Shown in pieces: positions 40,572 through 51,138 of a DNA stretch of 64,000 nt. Source of the stretch: Spirochaetia bacterium (GTDB lineage Bacteria > Spirochaetota > Spirochaetia > DSM-2461); NCBI GenBank assembly GCA_963668315.1, contig OY764216.1:1152001-1216000 (forward strand). Direction: 5' to 3'. The translations under genes were made by a program, and so were the position numbers. The first letter of the stretch is position 1. The number at the start of each line of letters is the position of its first letter. The notes under the pieces are model-generated. The model searched no databases and was not told the DNA's origin. It saw only the letters and a list, made by a program, of their open reading frames with translations.

Positions 40572-41648
40572 TTATTTGTCAGGATTGGGGATCATCAGAT
40601 CCCGTACGATGCCCACGAGCTCATGGTATCCGGCGATAAATCCCCGCAGGGTCCGGGCTGTGGCTCCGTATTGTTCGAACTCTTCGGGCTTCATGCCGTC
40701 CGGTTCATAGGCTCTTGTGAAGTCGGGGAACTTTTTATGGAGTTCCTCCAGGATGGCGGGATCGACGGGGTCGTCGATGGTGACTTTTACATCCACATCG
40801 CTTCCGTTGTATCTTTTCTGCCACTTGTAGGGAATGGTCTGTACGATATCGTCGCCGACGAGCTGGGACCAGTGAAGGTGATTTCTGTAGGCGGCTACGA
40901 GAAGACGGGTGCGGTATCCCTTTTCTTTATAAAGTCTGTAGGCGTTCTTGAAGGCGGCGACTCCGGCCCAATCCAGAGTGCCGGGATTGGTTATGATGTT
41001 TTCCTTCTCGGCGATAACCCTGAGCCAGTCGTCGAGGCGTCCCACCATGATCGTACATACGGGAATCATGTTGGACGTATCCTTGCCCTCCGCTTCCCTT
41101 CTTTTCAGACCGTTTTCAACGGCTTCGGCCACGGCCATAGCCTGGGGAACGGTAAAACAAACGGTAGCATTGATATTCACGCCCCGGTAGGTTGCCTCTT
41201 CGAAGGCTTTGATACCGGCGGCGGTGGTGGGCATTTTCACCATCATGTTGGGAGCCAGGGTGCTGAACTGTTCCGCCTGGTCGGCCATGGCGGCGGCGTT
41301 GCGGTAAAGCTGGGCGTTCGTCTGAATGGAAATCCGGCCCTTGAGGCCTTTTTCTTTATCGAAAACGGGTTTGAGAACTCCCGCTCCCTTTACAGCCATC
41401 TCTTCGATAAGCTTCCAGGCAATCTCTTCTTCTCCCGCTTCGGGCATCTCCTTGATGATTTCCTTGATGCGTCCTTCCCACTGGGGCATTTCCTTTTTAA
41501 GAACATTAAGAACGATAACGGGATTTGTCGTGGCGCCCGTGGCTCCATGGCTAATAGCGTATTCCAGCTCTTCCACAGAACAGGAATCATTCCACACTTC
41601 CATATCGCATATGGAAACAGATTTTTTTATTGGACTCATATCACCCAT
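40572..41648 (-). CDS. Transaldolase-family protein with atypical active site
   Basis: WNDS, GATTNP, Schiff-base VKMP.T..G, NATVCFT and VGRLDDW. Confidence 0.88.
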   Translation of the reverse strand: MGDMSPIKKSVSICDMEVWNDSCSVEELEYAISHGATGATTNPVIVLNVLKKEMPQWEGRIKEIIKEMPEAGEEEIAWKLIEEMAVKGAGVLKPVFDKEKGLKGRISIQTNAQLYRNAAAMADQAEQFSTLAPNMMVKMPTTAAGIKAFEEATYRGVNINATVCFTVPQAMAVAEAVENGLKRREAEGKDTSNMIPVCTIMVGRLDDWLRVIAEKENIITNPGTLDWAGVAAFKNAYRLYKEKGYRTRLLVAAYRNHLHWSQLVGDDIVQTIPYKWQKRYNGSDVDVKVTIDDPVDPAILEELHKKFPDFTRAYEPDGMKPEEFEQYGATARTLRGFIAGYHELVGIVRDLMIPNPDK

Positions 41649-41677
41649 GATTAACTCCTCGTAAATATATTAAAGTC

Positions 41678-41762
41678 TTGGACCGATTGTCTAATTGTAT
41701 GATAATAGGAAAAAATGATTTTGTAAAGAGAAAAAAACATTTATTATCATAATATCAGACAA
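41678..41762 (-). promoter_or_regulatory. Promoter/operator of the transaldolase operon
   Basis: Minus strand TTTACA-17-TATCAT overlapping tandem ATCATACA-ATTAGACA-ATCGGTCC; extra TATCAGACAA at 41753-41762. Confidence 0.6.
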
Positions 41763-41809
41763 AGGTAAAAAAAGAGGGCCCGGGAGAATGAATCCCCTGG
41801 CCCCGGTTT

Positions 41810-42190
41810 TTATTTTTTTCTGGCTATGACTTCAATTTCCACGAGAACATCTTTGGGGAGCCGGGCCACTTCCACGGCGGCTCTGGCGGGGTAGGGGGCT
41901 TCAAAAAAAGCACCGTAAACCTCATTCATCGCGGCGAAGGTATTCATATCCTTGAGAAATACCGTCGCTTTGAGAACGTCGGCCATGGTGCATCCCGCTT
42001 CTTCGAGAACGGCTCTGACATTTTTCAGGGAGCGTTCCGTCTGAACGGCTATATCTTCGCCGGCCAGGGCTCCCGTTTCGGGATCAAAGGGAATCTGTCC
42101 TGAGACAAAAACCAGGTCTCCCGATACGGTTCCCTGGGAATAGGGTCCGATGGCTCCGGGGGCGTTCTTTGTGGTAATAGCTTCTTTCAT
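41810..42190 (-). CDS. ridA: RidA-family enamine/imine deaminase
   Basis: AP.AIGPYSQ, SGQIP and PAR..VEV..LPK...VEIE; GGAGG RBS. Confidence 0.92.
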   Translation of the reverse strand: MKEAITTKNAPGAIGPYSQGTVSGDLVFVSGQIPFDPETGALAGEDIAVQTERSLKNVRAVLEEAGCTMADVLKATVFLKDMNTFAAMNEVYGAFFEAPYPARAAVEVARLPKDVLVEIEVIARKK

Positions 42191-42360
42191 TCTGTTATCC
42201 TCCATTGATATCTTGTTGTGAACATTTTACTGCCCTTTTGGCGGCAGCGGGTATTAAATACATAATACTAACATATTTCCCTGTTTTTTAACCATATCAT
42301 AATGGTCCTGTATTAGGGTGGGCACAAGAGCGTCATAGACTGACGGCTCCGGGAGGTCCT

Positions 42361-43440
42361 ATGAAAAAGAGACTGGCCTTTTCCTGTGCGGGCGAAGGGT
42401 TCGGGCATATAGCCCGGATTGTGGCTCTGAGCGAGCAGCTGAGGAATCGGTTTGAATTGGTTTATTTTGTCCCCCAGTCGGTTCAGCCCTTTCTTTTTCG
42501 TCACCTGGGGGAGGTCCCCGTCATTACGATTCCCTCTTTTCAGTTTGTCCTCAGGAATCACGGCGTCGACTATTTCGAGACGGGCAAGGTGAATGCGGGG
42601 CATTTTCTGCATTTCAGAGAGATCACCGGCCGGATTCGGACGCAACTCAAGGAGTGGCAGATCGATGCTCTGGTCTGTGATTTCGAGCCCTTTGTCTCCC
42701 GGGCCGCTTCGGGAATGGGGCTGCCTCTTCTCAACCTGAACCATCCGGGAATCGTTCTGAAAACCCTTCCCCTGAGTCTAAACGGCATCGTCAGCAGGAG
42801 TGTGGCCCGATTTATGACCCCCCGGGCGCAGGATACCCTCTTCTGCTCTTTTTTCAACGGGGAAGTCGGGCCGATTATCCGCAGGGAAATACGGGAGAAG
42901 AGTCCCCGCCGTGAGGATTTTTTCCTCGTCTATACAAAAAAGGACTCCCGGGGAAAAGTCATCCATGCCCTGTCGGCATTTCCTGAATATACCTTTGAGA
43001 TCTTTCCCCGGGAGGGAGGGGATTTCGCCGACGCCCTGAGCCGCTGCAAGGGAATCATCGCCCCTGCCGGGCATCAGCTTCTTTCCGAAGCCCTGTATCT
43101 GGGTAAACCGGTTCTGGCCTTTCCCCAGAAAAACCAGTACGAACAGAAAATCAATGCCCGCATGCTGGAAAAGTCCGGCTACGGGATCCATGGGCGGTTC
43201 CATCGGATGAAAAAAGACATGGCAAGATTCTTCGGAAAAATCGAAGAACTGCCCGCCAGGCAGGATCGTTTTGAGAGATTCCAATTTACCGATGATACCG
43301 ATTATGTGGTGGACTATATCACCCGATTTGTCGAGACGCAGACCGCGGGCGAACCGTCAAAACTCTACCGCTACACCTACCTTGATACCCTTCAGGAGAA
43401 GTTTGAGGTTATCTCGCGGGAATTGAGAATTGAGAATTGA
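42361..43440 (+). CDS. GT-B glycosyltransferase (MJ1255/VC2487-like)
   Basis: GEGFGH..R, CDFEP and AG..L.SEA...GKP.L..P...Q.EQ..NA. Confidence 0.8.
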   Translation: MKKRLAFSCAGEGFGHIARIVALSEQLRNRFELVYFVPQSVQPFLFRHLGEVPVITIPSFQFVLRNHGVDYFETGKVNAGHFLHFREITGRIRTQLKEWQIDALVCDFEPFVSRAASGMGLPLLNLNHPGIVLKTLPLSLNGIVSRSVARFMTPRAQDTLFCSFFNGEVGPIIRREIREKSPRREDFFLVYTKKDSRGKVIHALSAFPEYTFEIFPREGGDFADALSRCKGIIAPAGHQLLSEALYLGKPVLAFPQKNQYEQKINARMLEKSGYGIHGRFHRMKKDMARFFGKIEELPARQDRFERFQFTDDTDYVVDYITRFVETQTAGEPSKLYRYTYLDTLQEKFEVISRELRIEN

Positions 43441-43447
43441 GAATTGA
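43420..43447. repeat. Tandem heptamer (GAATTGA)x4, left flank of the four-helix-bundle gene
   Basis: Read directly from the sequence. Confidence 0.92.
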
Positions 43448-43492
43448 GGCGGCCGGGATATTTCATTAGCCCTTTGTTTCAAGGGGGCTTTG

Positions 43493-43846
43493 ATGAATAC
43501 TTGGAATATCAGGGAAAGGTGTCTGGAGTTTTCTGTTAGGATTGTCAAATTGGGATTTGCTCTGCAGAAAAAAGGCGGCATCTGCTTTATTTTTGCTGAT
43601 CAGATTGTAAAATCTGGAACATCTGTTGGAGCGAATCTCGAAGAGGCTCAGGGAGGTCAGAGTCGAAGAGATTTCATTGCCAAAATGTCCATTTCTCATA
43701 AAGAATCCCTGGAAACGGTCTATTGGCTGAAATTATTAATCAAAGCTGAGATCATGAAATCTGAAGAAATCTTCCCTCTTCTAAAAGAAGCCAATGAAAT
43801 TACCTCAATCTTAACAGCTATACTCAGGTCAACAAAAAAACATTAA
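43493..43846 (+). CDS. Four helix bundle protein (23S rRNA IVP-like, TIGR02436-type)
   Basis: DQI.KSGTSVGAN.EEA....SRRDF..K..I..KE..ET.YWL.LL; visibly more AT-rich than its neighbours. Confidence 0.9.
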   Translation: MNTWNIRERCLEFSVRIVKLGFALQKKGGICFIFADQIVKSGTSVGANLEEAQGGQSRRDFIAKMSISHKESLETVYWLKLLIKAEIMKSEEIFPLLKEANEITSILTAILRSTKKH

Positions 43847-43851
43847 TCCCA

Positions 43852-43879
43852 ATTCTTCATTCTTCATTCTTCATTCTTC
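43852..43879. repeat. Tandem heptamer (ATTCTTC)x4, right flank, imperfectly inverted relative to the left array
   Basis: Reverse-complement unit GAAGAAT matches left unit TGAGAAT at 5 of 7 positions. Confidence 0.9.
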
Positions 43880-44800
43880 ATTTAGATAAAGCGTGAGATC
43901 AGAAAAGCTGCCCTTAGCCCAATTTCTCTCTGCGGAACACCAGAGAAGTAAACTCCATCTCCGCAATCGCCTCGGGGGGATTTTCTCGATATGGCCCATC
44001 ATCTCCTCAAACGTCCGGTAACCGAACCGGCGGGTCACTTCTTCGAAGCCTTCCACATACATGAGGGCTTTTCCCGCGAATCCGCTGTCAAAGGGGCGGC
44101 TCTTCTCTAAGGTGAGGTTCTCGGCTGTATGGCGGATCTTCTCCAGAAGGGTCGGCCGGAACAGGGCCAGGGAGTGGGAAGAGAGAATGCCGGAGATTTC
44201 CTCCCGGCGGCGCAAAACCTTCTCTACGGTGTCCCGGTAAACCGGTAAAGAGGCCGATTCCCTGAGGAAGAGCCAGACGTGGCTGGAAAAGGAGTCGCCG
44301 CTGAGGAGTATTCCCGTTTTTCTATCCAGAAGACAGATGCCTCCCTGCGTATGTCCCGGTGTATGGATAATTTCCACATCCCGATTCCCCAGGGCAATCA
44401 CATCTCCGTCTCTGACGAGAGAAACCGGAGTCCCGCTCTTGCGGAAAAAGTCCGACCGGTGCTTTCTCTCTTTTCCGCTCAGGTTCTTTCGGCTTGCGAG
44501 GTAAATAAGAGTTTTGGTCCGGAGTGAAGAGTGCTGTTTCATGAGAGGAACATCTTTTTCGTGTATCATAGCCCCGTCGAAATACCGGTTTCCCATCATA
44601 TGGTCTATATGGCCATGGGTGTTGATCACCTGCAGGGGAAGATCGGTGACTTTGCGAACCAGGGCGGGCAGTTCTCCGAAGCCGAACCCCGTATCAATGA
44701 GGAGAGCCTTCGCGTCTCCCGCAATCAGCGTACAGAATACTCCCAGAGATTCATATATATGGTAAAGCCCGTCGTCGATTTCCGTAATTCGTCCGCTCAT
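43871..44800 (-). CDS. MBL-fold metallo-hydrolase, probably frameshifted near the C-terminus
   Basis: LIDTG, THGHIDH, TPGHT.G, SGD and SH motifs; see finding at 43914-43979. Confidence 0.85.
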   Translation of the reverse strand: MSGRITEIDDGLYHIYESLGVFCTLIAGDAKALLIDTGFGFGELPALVRKVTDLPLQVINTHGHIDHMMGNRYFDGAMIHEKDVPLMKQHSSLRTKTLIYLASRKNLSGKERKHRSDFFRKSGTPVSLVRDGDVIALGNRDVEIIHTPGHTQGGICLLDRKTGILLSGDSFSSHVWLFLRESASLPVYRDTVEKVLRRREEISGILSSHSLALFRPTLLEKIRHTAENLTLEKSRPFDSGFAGKALMYVEGFEEVTRRFGYRTFEEMMGHIEKIPPRRLRRWSLLLWCSAERNWAKGSFSDLTLYLNEE

Positions 44801-44810
44801 CCCGTTTCTC

Positions 44811-46664
44811 TCAGCCTTCCCGCTCCGCCAGCTCGGCCCAGCGCTCTTCCTTCGCCGGAATCAGCTCTTCGATCTCCTTGTACCGCTTCGTCGCTTCGGC
44901 CAGCTTTTCCGGATCGGTCTCGTTAACGAAAAGCACCTCGAGCCCGGCCTTCTCCTCTTCGAGGACCATAATCTCCTCGGTCAGGCTCTCCAGCTCCCGC
45001 TTCTCCTTGAAGTTCAGGCCCTTTTTCTCCCGGTTCACCTGTTTGCCCGCGGGGGGCTCCACTTTCCGGGCGGACAATTCCGCTTCCCGTTCCTCCTCCT
45101 TCCGGGCCTCCCGGTAGTCGGAGTAGTTCCCCGAGAATCCCAGAATCGCCCCGTCCCCTTTGAAGACGAAAAGGTAGTCGGTGGTGCGGTCCAGGAAAGC
45201 TCTGTCGTGGGAGACGATCAGCAGGCAGCCGTCGAACTTGTCCACGTAGTCTTCCAGAAGATCCAGCGTGTCCATATCCAGGTCGTTGGTGGGCTCGTCC
45301 AGAATCAGGAAATTGGGATTATCCATGAGAACCCGGGCCAGATAGAGGCGCCGCCGTTCCCCGCCGGAGAGACGCTTGATCTTCTGCCGGTGAATGGAAG
45401 AGGAGAAGAGGAACCGCTCCAGGTATCCCGAAGCGCTCACCTGGGAGCCGTCGGGCAGGGAAATGCGGTCGGAAACCTCACGGATGTAGTCGAGCAGGGT
45501 CACCTCGGGATTCATGGGACGGCTCATCTGGTCAAAGTAGCCGAAGTGGGTATTCACGCCCTTCTCGATCCGGCCCCCGTCGATGGGCAGACGCTCGGTG
45601 ATCAGGTCCAGAAAAGTCGTTTTCCCCGATCCGTTCGGACCGATAATGCCGATGCGCTCTCCCTTCTTGAACCGGTAGGTAAAGGGGGTTATTATCTGTC
45701 TCTCCCCGTAGCTCTTCTCCGCCTTGATCAGGTCGATGATCCGTTTGCCCAGCCGCCGGTTCCCCGAGGTGAACTCCGCCATCTGCTGCTGGACCTCCAC
45801 CCGGCTGTCCATCAGGTTCTCGATGTTCATCTTCCGTTTCTTGTCCTTGGTGGAACGGGCCTTGGGGCCCTGGGCCAGCCAGGCCAGCTCCATCTTGAGA
45901 ATCGCCTCGATCCGGTTCTGCTCCCGGGCCTCCCGGTCCAGCCGCTCCCGCTTCTTCTTCAGGGAGACGGAGAAATTCCCGGTGTACTTGTAAATCTTCT
46001 GCCGGTCCAGCTCCATAATCGTATTGCATACCGAGTCCAGGAAGTACCGGTCGTGGGTGACCATGACAAAGGCCGCCCGGGTCTTCCGCAGCCAGGTTTC
46101 CAGCCACTCGATCGTGTCGATGTCCAGGTGGTTGGTAGGCTCGTCCAGGAAGAGCAGGTTGGCCCCGCTCGCCATCATCCGGGCCATGGCCACCTTCTTC
46201 ACCATTCCGCCGGACAAAGTGCCCCCCTTCTGATCCGGATCGGTTATACCCAGCTCGGTCAGGTAGGAGAGGTACTCCTTCTCCAGGGTCCAGCACCCCT
46301 CGTGCTCCACCCGGTGGGTCAGCTCTTCCAGGTCGGGAGATCCGTCCGCCGCCGCCCGGTGATACTCCTTCAGAAGCTGAATCCGCGGATCGTCCGAGAG
46401 GTACAGCTGGTCCCGGATCGACGTGTCCGGCTCCAGCTTCGGCAGCTGCTCCAGCACGCTTATGCGCAGATCGTTATTCCGGGTGATTTCCCCCTCGTCG
46501 GCCTTAAGCCTCCCCGCGAGAATGTTCATCAGGGTGGATTTCCCCGCCCCGTTCGGCCCTATAAAGCCTATCTTATCGGTATGCTCGATCCCGAAAACCA
46601 CCTCGGAGAAAAGGGTCTGGTCCCGGACATGCTTGGCAACACCGTCAATTGACATGAGATTCAT
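44811..46664 (-). CDS. ABC-F ATPase (Uup/YfmR-like)
   Basis: Two NBDs (GPNGAGKST, GPNGSGKTT, LDEPTN), no TM segments, C-terminal coiled coil ending RWAEL. Confidence 0.92.
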   Translation of the reverse strand: MNLMSIDGVAKHVRDQTLFSEVVFGIEHTDKIGFIGPNGAGKSTLMNILAGRLKADEGEITRNNDLRISVLEQLPKLEPDTSIRDQLYLSDDPRIQLLKEYHRAAADGSPDLEELTHRVEHEGCWTLEKEYLSYLTELGITDPDQKGGTLSGGMVKKVAMARMMASGANLLFLDEPTNHLDIDTIEWLETWLRKTRAAFVMVTHDRYFLDSVCNTIMELDRQKIYKYTGNFSVSLKKKRERLDREAREQNRIEAILKMELAWLAQGPKARSTKDKKRKMNIENLMDSRVEVQQQMAEFTSGNRRLGKRIIDLIKAEKSYGERQIITPFTYRFKKGERIGIIGPNGSGKTTFLDLITERLPIDGGRIEKGVNTHFGYFDQMSRPMNPEVTLLDYIREVSDRISLPDGSQVSASGYLERFLFSSSIHRQKIKRLSGGERRRLYLARVLMDNPNFLILDEPTNDLDMDTLDLLEDYVDKFDGCLLIVSHDRAFLDRTTDYLFVFKGDGAILGFSGNYSDYREARKEEEREAELSARKVEPPAGKQVNREKKGLNFKEKRELESLTEEIMVLEEEKAGLEVLFVNETDPEKLAEATKRYKEIEELIPAKEERWAELAEREG

Positions 46665-46685
46665 GGGCGTAGTCTACTCTATTTG

Positions 46686-46810
46686 GGCGGCCCCGAACAA
46701 GCCCATGGCTTGCCCGGGCCGGGCTGTCCGGCGGTCCGCTGCCGCTTCCGTCCCCGGCTCCGCCGGCGACCCCTGCCGGGCGCCTCCCATCCCTGCCGCG
46801 CCGGCGGCAG
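46686..46810. repeat. GC-rich multi-hairpin intergenic element (REP-like or structured RNA candidate)
   Basis: Stems CAAGCC/GGCTTG, CCGGC/GCCGG, CCGGCGG/CTGCCGG and CTGCCGC/GCGGCAG. Confidence 0.55.
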
Positions 46811-46854
46811 TATAATTATACCGCTAATCCGGTACAAACATACTGGCCTGCCGA

Positions 46855-49920
<3,066 letters not shown>

Positions 49921-50005
49921 TTATTTCTCCTGAAGTGTTCTTATCTCAGTATTGGGTAATAAATGCTAATTGACAAGGGTTAGAATGTGGTTTATCAGGT
50001 AATAT

Positions 50006-50926
50006 ATGATGATTCGGAATAATGAAGAACGGCGTATCTTCCGCTCCTTTTCCTCGGGGGAGAGAGATGGATTGCTCTGTGCCGGGGAGATTTTCAAGCA
50101 AGGTGTCACCGATGATACGGTCAGGGCGAAATACCCCTTTTTCTGCCTGGTCCTGGTGCTGGAGGGCAGGGGAAGCTACAGTGATGACAGGGGGTATAAG
50201 TCAGATCTGCACAGGGGGATGGTTCTTCAGCGGCTTCCCGACAGAAAACATACCGTTCGGATTGACCCGGAGAGCATGTGGCATGAAGTCTTTATCGGGT
50301 TCGGGCAGATGGAGTATGGGGAGAAGGAATATTCCGGGGAAGAGAGGCCGGGGGATTTCTGGAAAGCCGATCTTCTTGCGCCCCGCTTCAACAAGACCTC
50401 GGATATCCTTCGGGCCCTCTCCCTGATGGATGTCACAAATCCCTGCTTCACCCTGTCCGGTGAGGATGCCCGTCTTGCGGGTGCGGTCAGATCCTTTGCC
50501 GAAAAACTGGAGCGGGCGGAGTCCGATCTGCTGCCGTTGCTGACCGGCGAAGCCATGGGGCTGTTCTCCCGGATCTGGCTGGCGGGGGAAAAGGGGGCGG
50601 GAAAACCCTTGGATCCCGTGTCCGAGGCAAGGAGGCTTCTGGAGGAACAGGCGGGGACGCGGTGCCCCGTGGAAAAGATCCTCAGCCCCCTCCCTCTGGG
50701 CTACGCCAGGCTGAGGGAACGGTTCCGGGAGGAGACCGGGATCAGTCCCGGAAGGTATCGTCTTCTCAAACGGATTGAGCTTGCCTGCTCCCTCCTTTCG
50801 GCCGACGGCAAGTCGTCCGGAGAGACGGCCCGGGTACTCGGGTATGATGATACTTCGTCTTTTTCCAAACAGTTCAGGGCCGTCATGGGACTGAGTCCCG
50901 GAGAGTATAAAAGGAGGCAGGAATAA
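50006..50926 (+). CDS. AraC-family regulator, divergent from the GH2 gene
   Basis: N-terminal cupin-like segment; C-terminal GYDD.SSFSKQFR.VMG.SP.EY. Confidence 0.88.
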   Translation: MMIRNNEERRIFRSFSSGERDGLLCAGEIFKQGVTDDTVRAKYPFFCLVLVLEGRGSYSDDRGYKSDLHRGMVLQRLPDRKHTVRIDPESMWHEVFIGFGQMEYGEKEYSGEERPGDFWKADLLAPRFNKTSDILRALSLMDVTNPCFTLSGEDARLAGAVRSFAEKLERAESDLLPLLTGEAMGLFSRIWLAGEKGAGKPLDPVSEARRLLEEQAGTRCPVEKILSPLPLGYARLRERFREETGISPGRYRLLKRIELACSLLSADGKSSGETARVLGYDDTSSFSKQFRAVMGLSPGEYKRRQE

Positions 50927-51138
50927 AGTCGAGAAATACCGATCTTTTTTAGCAAAACGGACTCTCCGGGGATTGATGAAACCTGATTAATACTGGATTA
51001 TGGACAAATGTCAAAATAGAGATACCCTGTGTGTCTCGTAAAAATTACCTATTATATAGCAAAAATGAGGGTTAAACCTCTTTTTTTATGCATTTATGAA
51101 AAACATATAATTATATAAATGTAAATGTGAGGAATTGC

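Noticed and set aside
39169..41648. Sulfoglycolysis (sulfo-TAL / SauS) reading of the transaldolase and ALDH
   Set aside because: No sulfoquinovosidase, SQ isomerase or sulfonate exporter is present; the context and shared promoter motif point to inositol instead.
43420..43879. CRISPR array, DGR or 23S rRNA intervening sequence
   Set aside because: The repeats are spacerless 7-mers; there are no cas genes, reverse transcriptase, TR/VR pair or rRNA sequence in the window.
45207..46652. 481-aa plus-strand ORF, and similar long antisense ORFs at 235-1308, 34630-35778, 39262-40530, 40623-41654 and 61365-62576
   Set aside because: Each lies antisense to a gene with clear motifs and has no recognisable motifs itself; these are shadow ORFs caused by GC3 bias.
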